A stretch of DNA of 64,000 bases from Eledone cirrhosa (GCA_964016885.1 OZ024742.1:357802001-357866000), one strand, 5' to 3'. Counted from the stretch's first letter, positions 44,190-56,335 are shown. Made by a program: numbers and translations. The notes: generated by a model not told the origin, from the letters alone.

Positions 44190-44471
44190 ATTGGAAACCA
44201 TCAGAGTTGCAGGTGTTATATCAGAGTTTTCCTTCTCCTAGAATTGACAAAGGCTAAGGGGTGATCTCTCCCGGTGATTTTGGATGACCATTAACTTTTA
44301 AGAGCTCCTTTTCCCTTTGACAGGTTTTGCCTTTAGTCCTGCAGGATGTCCAAAGTCACCCTCCCCACCAAGAAACGTTGGTGGGGTTGCTAGTTTAGTC
44401 GCCAATGACCCGACCATGAGACAGGTTGTACTGGGATACATGTTACCAGTAGCACCAACTGGTGACCTGAC
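44190..44471 (-). mobile_element. Possible fragment of an RTE-type LINE 5' region
   Basis: The minus-strand motifs TTAGCCTT...TCTAGGAGAAGGAAAACTCTGA and GGGTCATTGGCGACTAAACTAGCAACCCCACC resemble RTE-clade 5' UTR sequence as I recall it. There is no ORF support and no search was run. Confidence 0.3.
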
Positions 44472-44482
44472 ATATATAAATA

Positions 44483-45275
<793 letters not shown>

Positions 45276-45293
45276 CAAGTTAATATAAATTAA

Positions 45294-46171
45294 TCTATAT
45301 ATATAAAACTGAGGTTGTCTGTCTGTCTATCGATTTTTGGCACACATCTCCTCTTAGAATCTCTCACGGAATTGCACCGAAATTGCTATACTTGTACATT
45401 GAGCCCTAGCGAAGACATCGGAAAAAAAATATTTCAAATTGACCCGCCCTATCTGACGAAATCGAATATAATGTATCGATTTTTGAGCGTAAGTGATCAG
45501 TTATTTCCCTTTGTTCTGTTTACATTGAGCGTCTGCGTGCAAAAATTAAAAAAATTACGCTGGCTTTCTCAGCGTTTAAAATGACATTAACACAATACAC
45601 GATTTAAAGACTACGTAAAACAATATTTTTACTTGAAAACAAGTCTATTTAAAAACTACTTAAAACAAGCAAATATTTCGTAAAAAAAAGCAAAAATTAT
45701 ATAAGTTTATTTAAAATATATGTATCTGTAAATTTCGTTAGGCGTGCAGACAGACAGTCGTGCAGAGAGGTGATATACGCGTGCAGACAGATAGTCGTGC
45801 AGAGAGGTGATATAGGCGTGCAGACAGACAGTCGTGCAGAGAGGTGATATAGGCGTGCAGACAGACATAACTGATAATTTGGTTACGCTAATGTTTTTCT
45901 CTGCGTTGCAGTGTTTACATTTTCGATCTTTGTTAATAAATAACCAGTGCAGTTTTTATCCCCAGCATCCTCTTTTGTTATAACATTCGGGTTATCGTTA
46001 TGTTTTCTTAACTTCATAAGGCATATTGTTGGTTGAGGGAATATTAATCAAAAACACCACATGCAAGTCTGCACAGTAGACACTACAGTTTTAAGCCAAA
46101 AACGAAACTTAACATTGTAACTTTAACACAGCTACTGAGCGACCCCGAGCAACGCCGGGCTTTACTGCTAG
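45294..46171 (+). mobile_element. Non-autonomous Helitron (878 bp)
   Basis: 5' end TCTATATATATAAAACTGAGGTTGTCTGTCTG. 3' subterminal hairpin CCCGAGCAACGCCGGG, then CTAG. Inserted between A and T with no TSD. The empty site CAAGTTAATATAAATTAA^TATATGATAAACAC is preserved in the inverted copy at 46748-46834. Confidence 0.93.
45740..45867. repeat. 37-bp internal tandem repeat of the Helitron (~3.5 copies)
   Basis: AGGCGTGCAGACAGACAGTCGTGCAGAGAGGTGATAT starts at 45740, 45777, 45814 and 45851. Confidence 0.95.
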
Positions 46172-46686
46172 TATATGATAAACACATAAGTGTTTGTACT
46201 GTAAATGACCAAGTTAGCTAGATTGAAAAATACTAATTAAAATAAATATAGTTTGCCTGTCTCGATTTAAAATAATAAATCAATAAAAACAAACCCATAT
46301 TGGCAATAACCGTGATACCTGGACAAATTTAAATTTCAAAATCCAAACATGTTCCGCAGACAAATTTAAATTTCAAGACCCAAATAAGTTTCGCAACGAT
46401 AGTAAAAAAAAGTGAAAGATTCCAATTTCTGTGGTCATCAACAGGTATCCAGAAAATTAGCATGTTTCACCTCGAAATATTTTTGGAGGTCTGGTTTACA
46501 CGCGCTAACTCACGTGGTTTTCCAGCTCCGAGCTATCCCCATACTCATGGTGCTAGAAATAACAGACTTTTTATATGGGATTAAAATATTTAGCTCAACA
46601 AAAGGAGCCGTAATACTATATTATATTTAGAGTTATAAACTCAAACAGTCCTTTACAATTAATTAGCTCAAAGAAAGAAGCATTTG

Positions 46687-46921
46687 TGAGTTTATAACTC
46701 TAAATATAATATAGTATTACGGCTCCTTTGTTGAGCTAAATTTATTTTAATTAGTATTTTTCAATCTAGCTAACTTGGTCATTTACAGTACAAACACTTA
46801 TGTGTTTATCATATATTAATTTATATTAACTTGTATGTCACGGCTAAGAAATGCTTCTTTCTTTGAGGTAATTAATAGTAAAGGACTGTTTGAGTTTATA
46901 ACTCTAAATATAATATAGTAT
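46687..46921. repeat. 204-bp unit with terminal direct repeat (~1.15 copies), plus inverted partial copies upstream
   Basis: TGAGTTTATAACTCTAAATATAATATAGTA occurs at 46687 and 46891. Inverted pieces lie at 46589-46685 and at 45276-45293 + 46172-46248 (split by the Helitron). Confidence 0.8.
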
Positions 46922-46929
46922 ATTTATAT

Positions 46930-47040
<111 letters not shown>

Positions 47041-47071
47041 TATATGGATATATATATATATATATATATGG

Positions 47072-47196
<125 letters not shown>

Positions 47197-47202
47197 TACA
47201 TA

Positions 47203-47246
<44 letters not shown>

Positions 47247-47256
47247 AATATATATG

Positions 47257-47341
<85 letters not shown>

Positions 47342-47410
47342 CCATATATATATCCATATATATATATATATCCATATATATATCCAATATATATATCCAT
47401 ATATATATAT

Positions 47411-47541
<131 letters not shown>

Positions 47542-47542
47542 C

Positions 47543-47699
47543 ATGAACCAAAGTATCGTCTTCCTGTCTTCCTCCGGTTGCAACGTTTTTTGAAATATCC
47601 AGTTCTGCGTTTACAGATTGACTTTGTTAGTTTCAGAAGATCCCGTTAAGGGTGAAAGCAGCGATTCTTTGTTTAAACTTTAATCTGTTATTTTAATAA

Positions 47700-47700
<1 letters not shown>
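47543..47700 (+). mobile_element. Short repeat family A, copy 2 (longer 5' part)
   Basis: Matches the reverse complement of 54553-54708. Flanked by (TA)n on both sides. Confidence 0.85.
47613..47688 (+). ncRNA. Type I hammerhead-like ribozyme with variant core (family A; other copies at 44606-44680 +, 54793-54868 +, 54565-54640 -)
   Basis: Layout: ACAGATTGA-ctttgtt-AGTTT (bulged stem I), core CAGAAGA, T-CCC-gttaa-GGG-T (stem II), GAAA, GCA...TGY (stem III), TT, then AAACT-TTAATCTGT (stem I partner). The core has U4A, and position 10.1/11.1 is U-U. Confidence 0.6.
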
Positions 47701-47732
<32 letters not shown>

Positions 47733-47747
47733 CATATATACATATAC

Positions 47748-47780
<33 letters not shown>

Positions 47781-47875
47781 CATATATACATATACATATA
47801 TATATATATATACATATATACATATATACATATATACATATACATATATATATATATATACATATATACATATAC

Positions 47876-47926
<51 letters not shown>

Positions 47927-47945
47927 TACATATACATATATATAC

Positions 47946-48110
<165 letters not shown>

Positions 48111-48133
48111 CATTTATATATATATATATATAT

Positions 48134-48251
48134 ATAGGAACCAGTAAGACCCCGACAGCTGAGCTCAAGCCGTTTCGACGGCTAATTCTGAGTCCAGAAT
48201 TAGCCGTCGAAACGGCTTGAGCTCAGCTGTCGGGGTCTTACTGGTTCCTAT
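48134..48251. repeat. Perfect palindrome, 57-bp arms with a 4-nt loop
   Basis: ATAGGAACCAGTAAGACCCCGACAGCTGAGCTCAAGCCGTTTCGACGGCTAATTCTG, then agtc, then its exact reverse complement. Related to the repeat family at 55302-55507. Confidence 0.97.
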
Positions 48252-48328
48252 TACCCACTCTACTACCTCAAGTATTGAGTACTTTGGTGCGTTATGGTTC
48301 ACCTGGTTCCTTACCACATTTCCTTCGT

Positions 48329-48370
<42 letters not shown>

Positions 48371-48371
48371 C

Positions 48372-48426
<55 letters not shown>

Positions 48427-48452
48427 CATGTATATATATGTATATATATATG

Positions 48453-48597
<145 letters not shown>

Positions 48598-48662
48598 GTA
48601 TATATGTATATATATATATATATATATATGTATATGTATATATGTATATATATATATGTATA

Positions 48663-48795
<133 letters not shown>

Positions 48796-49075
48796 GGATA
48801 TATATATATATGGATATATATTTATATATGGATATATATATATATGGATATATATATAATTAAGTTAAAGTGTACATCTACATATGTATACGGAAGTATT
48901 AGTATGCATATAAATACACACATGTATACATATGTACATGTACTCAGCTTTTCACTAGACACTTTACAGTGAGTGTCAGCTAGTCTGTATGTAACCACAC
49001 AGGCGGACCGGGTTTTAGAGTCATACGAGTTTTCAAGGAAACACATTTCCTCTATTCTCCAGAGGGCCAGACAGG

Positions 49076-49120
49076 AATACTGGACTAGTTTCGATGTTAT
49101 TACATCTCATCAGCAATATT
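49076..49120 (-). ncRNA. Type I minimal hammerhead ribozyme, copy 1
   Basis: Minus strand AATATTG CTGATGA GATGT aata ACATC GAAA CTAG TC^ CAGTATT. It has a full core, a 7-bp stem I, a 5-bp stem II, palindromic ACTAGT as stem III and a GUC cleavage triplet. Confidence 0.93.
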
Positions 49121-49544
49121 TACCCATCTTCCGGCTTCTCTGGAGAATTGTAAAAGCACATATCGTTATATGCTTTTTCTATGAAAATTAGTAGTGGGTA
49201 GACTAATTTGCATAGAACGTGAGTCATTGTACGCACCGGTTCAGCGGAAACGATAAAAACAAATAACGAAACGAAATTAAATTTCGTTTCGCTTCTAACT
49301 CACTTTTGTATGACTGACGCTTAAACAATTAAGTTAAAGTGTACATCTACATATGTATACGGAAGTATTAGTATGCATATAAATACACACATGTATACAT
49401 ATGTACATGTACTCAGCTTTTCACTAGACACTTTACAGTGAGTGTCAGCTAGTCTGTATGTAACCACACAGGCGGACCGGGTTTTAGAGTCATACGAGTT
49501 TTCAAGGAAACACATTTCCTCTATTCTCCAGAGGGCCAGACAGG

Positions 49545-49589
49545 AATATTGGACTAGTTTCGATGTTATTACATCTCATCAGCAATACT
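49545..49589 (-). ncRNA. Type I minimal hammerhead ribozyme, copy 2
   Basis: Minus strand AGTATTG CTGATGA GATGT aata ACATC GAAA CTAG TC^ CAATATT. Both differences from copy 1 in stem I keep pairing (A-U versus G-U). Confidence 0.93.
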
Positions 49590-49943
49590 TACCGATCTTC
49601 CGGCTTCTCTGGAGAATTGTAAAAGCACATATCGTTATATGCTTTTTCTATGAAAATTAGTAGTGGGTAGACTAATTTGCATAGAACGTGAGTCATTGTA
49701 CGCACCGGTTCAGCGGAAACGATAAAAACAAATAACGAAACGAAATTAAATTTCGTTTCGCTTCTAACTCACTTTTGTATGACTGACGCTTAAACAATTA
49801 AGTTAAAGTGTACATCTACATATGTATACGGAAGTATTAGTATGCATATAAATACACACATGTATACATATGTACATGTACTCAGCTTTTCACTAGACAC
49901 TTTACAGTGAAGCCGGAAGAGGGGTAAATATTGCTGATGAGAT

Positions 49944-50011
49944 ATACACACATACATACACACACACATACATATACATACACACATACACACACACACA
50001 TATATACACAT

Positions 50012-50068
<57 letters not shown>

Positions 50069-50107
50069 TATATATACATACACATACATCCAGATACACA
50101 CATACAT

Positions 50108-50138
<31 letters not shown>

Positions 50139-50141
50139 CAC

Positions 50142-50189
<48 letters not shown>

Positions 50190-50480
50190 CCACACATACA
50201 TACACACACACACACATATATATATACATACACACATACTAACATACACACACACACACATATATATACACACATACACACACACACACACACACGCATA
50301 TATATATATATATACACATACGCATACATCCAGATACCCACATACATACACACACACACACACACGCACACACAATACATACATCCACATGCACACACAT
50401 ACACACACACACACATATACACATACATACACCCACACGCAGAGAAATGGCCTTCAAATATATATATATATATATACATA
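49944..50480. repeat. Mixed (CA)n/(TA)n microsatellite (a similar CA-rich tract lies at 60630-61200)
   Basis: Read directly from the sequence. Confidence 0.95.
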
Positions 50481-50775
50481 CAGACACATATATTTTTTCC
50501 ATAATATAAGAATTTGGGGCAGTGAAATTAAAATACAAGTCATTCTGATCACATTGAGTTCTTCATGTAGATTGAGCCCCGCAACCGACAGTGGTGAATT
50601 CTGTGTGCGCATATATATATAGATATATGTGTGTGCACGTGCAGGGTTTAACATGGATGTGTTGGTCACACAAAGGCATTATCTGTCAATGAATAAACCT
50701 GATTCTACAGAATTGGTCTCTGGTCTTTAATAGTAGTGATTCCGTGCGTATGTGTGTTTATATTTTATGACAATT

Positions 50776-52242
50776 CTATTGGGGTGATAACCCGTTTAGT
50801 TTGGGTTTAAATTTGTTAAGGAATAGATTTTCTTTGTTTATTCTTTGTTGTTGTGTGAACGAATCTGAGCACTTGTAGAAGGGGAAGATTTTAAAGTTGG
50901 GTAGTGTCATTCCTGCGCAGTTCGCAATATGGCTGCTCAAGGGGATTTTTCTTGTGTTAGCGTCCCGGATTTGTTGGCGGTGGATGGTCATTCTTTTGCG
51001 TAATGAGGTGCCCGTCTGTCCTATGTAGTTGTGTTTGCACCCACCGCAAGTTATTGCGTAAATCAAGTTCTCCGAGTTGCAGGTGAAATTGTTTTTTACT
51101 GTAAATGTTTGGCTATCTTTGAATGTAAATGTTTGTCCTTCAGTGAGGTAGAGGCACGTTCCACAGTTTGTTCTACCACATTTGGTAACTGTAGGGTTGA
51201 GGATTGGTTTGGGTATATTTGGTCCAGTGAGAATGCGTTTAAGTGATTTGGGTTGTCTTTTACTTTTAAGGATCTTGTGTGTTTCAAGAATAGACTTCAT
51301 TTTTACATCTTTAAGTAGGATGGGGAGGTTTTTGTGTAGGTGATCAAACATTTCGGTATTTCTGGGGTTGAAAGTGGATACATATGGCAGGGTGTTGAGT
51401 GTGGTTTTCTGTTTTGGATTGTTAAGTTGATGGGGATTTAGGTGTTTTGCCCTGTCTATTCCATTGTTGATTATTTCAAGTGGAAAGGCTCTTAAGATAA
51501 GGGTGTCTTTTAGTTCCTTTAGTCTTTGCTCCCGTTTAGGTGGATCTGATACTATGGTACATATACGTTTGGCCAAATTGTAAGGAATGTTAAGTTTTGT
51601 ATGTTTTGGGTGACTTGATGTGAAAAAGAGGTATTGCTTGGAATCTGTGGGTTTATAGAATATATCTGTATCTAATTTCCCGTCTATTACAGAGATGAGA
51701 ATATCCAAGAAGGCTAATTCCTTAGGATTGGATTCCATTGTGAATTGTATGTTATTATCTATGTTGTTTATCATGTTTTTAAACGTAGTAAGTGAGTTCA
51801 TGTCTTCTTGCCATAGGATAAAGCAGTCGTCTAGATATCTTTTCCAATTGGCTTTGAGGTGTGTGTGGAAAGAGTCTCCAAATAAGAGAAGGGACTGACT
51901 GTATATTTGTTGTTCATGGAATCCCATGACTAGGTTGGCATATGTGGGTGCTACTTTCGTGCCCATTGCCGTACCTGATACTTGTCTGTATGTTGAACCA
52001 TTGAATGTGAAGTAGTTTTTTTGTAGGATAAAGCGGAGTCCGTCAGTGATAAAATCTGTGTTGATGCGTGTCGGTATTTCTGATGGGTGTGTGTTAAGCC
52101 AGTATTGGACTGCTGTTATTCCATAGTTGTGAGGTATGTTTGTGTAGAGGTTTATTACGTCAAAGGAGACAAGAATTGTATTTGCACTTACTGTTTTAGG
52201 GAGGTGTTTCAGCATGTCAAGGTCATATAACTTCTCATTCAC
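50776..52242 (-). CDS. Penelope-like retroelement (Neptune-type) reverse transcriptase + GIY-YIG endonuclease, 5'-truncated
   Basis: 488-aa stop-free frame. RT motifs LVSFDVINLYTNIP, YRQVSGTAMGTKVAPTYANL, WKRYLDDCFILW, FTME and LAFLDI. PLE thumb FYKPTD..YL.F.S.HP. Cys linker CGRTNCGTC. GIY-YIG motifs NLIYAITCGGCKHNYIGQT...RMTIH...H...KE...LN. The N-terminal domain and first RT motifs are missing, so the annotated GTG start is not the real start. Confidence 0.95.
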   Translation of the reverse strand: MNEKLYDLDMLKHLPKTVSANTILVSFDVINLYTNIPHNYGITAVQYWLNTHPSEIPTRINTDFITDGLRFILQKNYFTFNGSTYRQVSGTAMGTKVAPTYANLVMGFHEQQIYSQSLLLFGDSFHTHLKANWKRYLDDCFILWQEDMNSLTTFKNMINNIDNNIQFTMESNPKELAFLDILISVIDGKLDTDIFYKPTDSKQYLFFTSSHPKHTKLNIPYNLAKRICTIVSDPPKREQRLKELKDTLILRAFPLEIINNGIDRAKHLNPHQLNNPKQKTTLNTLPYVSTFNPRNTEMFDHLHKNLPILLKDVKMKSILETHKILKSKRQPKSLKRILTGPNIPKPILNPTVTKCGRTNCGTCLYLTEGQTFTFKDSQTFTVKNNFTCNSENLIYAITCGGCKHNYIGQTGTSLRKRMTIHRQQIRDANTRKIPLSSHIANCAGMTLPNFKIFPFYKCSDSFTQQQRINKENLFLNKFKPKLNGLSPQ

Positions 52243-52383
52243 TACCAGAAAGGGACACAGCAGTCAACCTGTTGTTGCTACCTAGATGAAAACTGCTATG
52301 AAATCCCACAATGAATTTTATACTTGAATTTTCAAGTCTCAAATTTTAACCCTTCGTATTATTAATTTTTCTTAATATTAATC

Positions 52384-52432
52384 AACATTTGAAAAGATGG
52401 CTTTTGCAGACCCATCGAAACCGGGCATTTTT
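52384..52432 (+). ncRNA. Decayed minimal hammerhead with a U3-A8 core
   Basis: TTGAAAA GATGG...CCATC GAAA CCGG GC. Stem II and the palindromic CCGG are intact. U16.1 is replaced by G and stem I is imperfect. Confidence 0.45.
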
Positions 52433-52552
52433 TATACCCTTTATTATTTCCTTACCTTATAAAATTATGTTTTTTCACAAAAAAGTATTCTGTCTCTTAT
52501 ATATTCCATGTGCCATTACCAACCTCAATTTTCTCTCTATATATATATATAT

Positions 52553-52593
<41 letters not shown>

Positions 52594-52646
52594 TATATAC
52601 ATATATATATATACACATATATATATATGTATATATATATATATAC

Positions 52647-52690
<44 letters not shown>

Positions 52691-52691
52691 G

Positions 52692-52858
<167 letters not shown>

Positions 52859-53428
52859 GTTTTTGTTCTTCGTTTTTATTTTATTTATTTTTTTACTACC
52901 ACATGCTGTCTGTTTTCCTATCATCTGTTATTATATCCTGGTATGTCTATTTGTATTCATCGCGTAAATATGTCTTAAGCATTTTCCATTGATTCTGTGT
53001 CTGCTATTGTAGTATTAACATTAATATGTCATATTATTTTTTGTAATTGAATTATAAATATATGTCCGATATTGAGGTACTGTTTTGTAATATTTTATAA
53101 ATTTGAACTGCCGATGCCTCTGTATATTATATATATTTATATATATTTTTTAACCATACTTTTATTTGTATTTTTTCTTACCCTGTGAAAAACTTTATAT
53201 ACAATTTGTTGACCTTAAATGATACGTATGATCTAGTTTTATATATTTTTTAATGTCAGTATATTATTCCATTGTTTTTAGTATTGTTTATGCACACCGT
53301 CAGGGTGGTTATTCTATTATAATGATTATTATTATATTATAAAGAGTATATTTATATTTAAATATTTAAATAAGTGTTAGTATGTGTTTGTGTAAATGTG
53401 TATATATATGGATATATATATATACATA

Positions 53429-53947
53429 TGTAGTGACCTACATTCTGCGGGCTCACATAATCCTCTGTGCGTGATTTGGCTCAGTTCAGCCAATCAGCGC
53501 CAGTAGAAGAGGATGTATCCCTACGCGCCCTGAGGAAGAAATTCCCCGCGAAGATTTGAAGAATCTCTCTCTTGTACCAGAAACTTCGAGCCAGCACACG
53601 CATAATGTAGCAGTGAGATATTGCACCCCTAGCCTCGCCGGCTTAACGGCACATTCCCTTTTGTAACCTCTTTTTATCTGTAACTTCAACCATATAAATA
53701 AACAAACATTTCATCTCTAATTACTGCGGTTGAAGTCGTTATTATGTTACTCGTGTCTCAATAACATCTTTAATCCATGCTGCTGGAATTGGCGACCTGA
53801 CGAAAGGAATATTGTAAATAGATGGTAAATAGTTCGAGGGACCTTCCCTCACGTCTATGTCAACAAGATAATCCAACGACCTTCAATCATCTACCCTGTT
53901 AAGGAAACGACCACTGATTCTACCACCCTGCTAAAGTGGCGACTACT
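53429..53947 (+). mobile_element. Possible solo LTR (Gypsy-like)
   Basis: A more GC-rich island in AT-rich DNA. It starts TGTAGTG and ends ...GACTACT (imperfect terminal inverted repeat). It contains a CCAAT box (53490), AATAAA (53697) and TGGCGAC motifs. There is no second copy and no clear TSD. Confidence 0.4.
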
Positions 53948-54260
53948 CTATATCCAATACTGCTAAACATATATTAAGCTTTTTATTTCTTATTATCCAT
54001 TATATTGTATTCTATATCATATTATAATTCTTATAATTCTCACATTGTATTACCATGTTGTGTTTCATGTATTTGTCTTATACTGTACTTTTAACGTGAG
54101 TTTGACATATTACTCGCTCTCTAACCCTATAGACTATATTTGCAAATGCACACTATTAGTTTTAGCATATCTTTCCATGTTGTCTTTCCTAAGTTTTCAT
54201 GGATATAAATTCCCTGTTCTTCTGAGTTTTAGTTGTTATGGCCGTTAATGCTTCTTGTCT

Positions 54261-54320
54261 CTTTACTTGCTCTGATGAGTCCCTATTAATGGGACAAAAC
54301 AATGTCGTCTAATAAAGACT
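54261..54320 (+). ncRNA. Decayed type I minimal hammerhead
   Basis: CTGATGA GTCCC tattaat GGGAC AAAAC aat GTC. Stem II is a perfect 5 bp. GAAA has become AAAA, consistent with CpG decay. AATAAA follows. Confidence 0.6.
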
Positions 54321-54371
54321 TTTGATGTATTGAAGGCTTCTTTGTTTATTTTTTATAATTTTTATAATTTT

Positions 54372-54463
<92 letters not shown>

Positions 54464-54549
54464 GTAATAATAATAAATTTGAAGACTAAAATCCAAAGAG
54501 GGCTCGATAAGGATAAATATATATCAAATATATAAGAACCATAGAGCAA

Positions 54550-54883
54550 ATATTTATTAAAATAACAGATTAAAGTTTAAGCAAAGAATCGCTGCTTTCA
54601 CCCTTAACGGGATCTTCTGAAACATACAAAGTCAATCTGTGAACGCAGAAGTGAATATTTAAAAAAAACGTTGCAACCGGAGGAAGGCAGGAAGACGATA
54701 CTTTGGTTTGTGGAAACATTCCCTGGCAAAGAGCGGGAAAAAACGAATATAATACGATTGCAACATTTTTTTAAATATTCACTTCTGCGTTCACAGATTG
54801 ACTTTGTTAGTTTCAGAAGATCCCGTTAAAGGTGAAAGCAGCGATTCTTTGCTTAAACTTTAATCTGTTATTTTAATAAATAT
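54550..54883. repeat. Inverted pair of family A copies (arms 54550-54676 and 54758-54883)
   Basis: The arms are reverse complements with a few substitutions. Confidence 0.92.
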
Positions 54884-54961
54884 ATATATATATATATATA
54901 TATACTTCGTTTTTGAATTTTTTTTGCAAGATTTCTTATCTGAAAATATCTGTTTAAACAG

Positions 54962-55385
54962 ATATTGTTACACTTTTGCAGGATTATGCTGCCAATAAAA
55001 ACACACACATCTGTTGGTTTTTACTTCAATTTATTATAAACTTCTGGTCGGTTGGTTCGATAACCAGATGGTTATTTAAATATCGTCAAAGCTCTTTCAT
55101 CACACATTCAGTGAAATAGAAACCCAGACACTGAGGTCATAGAATGTGTGATGAAAGAGCTTTGACAATATTTAAACAACCGTCCTGTTTTATGAACCAA
55201 CCAACCAAATGGAAATTTATAATAAATTGAAGAGAAATCCAACAGGTGCGTGTGTTTTTATTGGCAGCATGACCCTCCCAAAGTATAACAATATATATAT
55301 AACGAAGGAAGTGTGGTACGGAACCAGTTCAGACCTAGCTGTCGAAACGGCCGGAGCTCAGCTGTCGGGGTCTTGACTCTTTTCT

Positions 55386-55421
<36 letters not shown>

Positions 55422-55658
55422 GGAAAAGAGTCAAGACCCCGACAGCTGAGCTCTGGCCGTTTCGACAGCTAGGTCTTAACTGGTTCCGTACCACACTTCC
55501 TTCGTTTTATATATATTGTTATACTTTGGGAGGGTCATGCTGCCAATAAAAACACACGCACCTGTTGGATTTCTCTTCAATTTATTATAAATTTCCATTT
55601 GGTTGGTTGGTTCATAAAACAGGACGGTTGTTTAAATATTGTCAAAGCTCTTTCATCA
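54962..55658. repeat. Chain of inverted repeats: 236-bp arms 55149-55384 and 55423-55658 around (TA)n, plus a diverged third copy at 54962-55109
   Basis: Direct reverse-complement match. The mirror-image ORFs 55258-55494(-) and 55313-55549(+) are nearly identical. Confidence 0.95.
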
Positions 55659-55667
55659 TATATATAA

Positions 55668-56295
<628 letters not shown>

Positions 56296-56335
56296 GGACA
56301 TATTAACTTCTATATATATATATATATATATATAT

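Larger units (their letters stand above)
48858..49910 (-). mobile_element. Tandem 469-bp hammerhead-containing repeat (2.24 units): non-LTR retrozyme or PLE pseudo-LTR-like element
   Basis: Units start at 48858, 49327 and 49796 and are near-identical. Each complete unit has a canonical type I hammerhead on the minus strand. An inverted fragment of the ribozyme region is joined at 49909-49943. Confidence 0.88.

Noticed and set aside
48973-49660. Duplicated 72-aa ORF in the 469-bp unit (GTG start)
   Set aside because: It is short, antisense to the ribozyme, has no recognisable motif, and is duplicated only because the unit is.
51031-51898. Small ORFs overlapping the PLE frame
   Set aside because: Antisense or alternate-frame shadows of the RT ORF with no independent support.
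55148-55175. GTGATGA-AAGAGCTTT-GACAATAT as a hammerhead
   Set aside because: C3 and GAAA are both absent, stem II is marginal and there is no convincing stem I.
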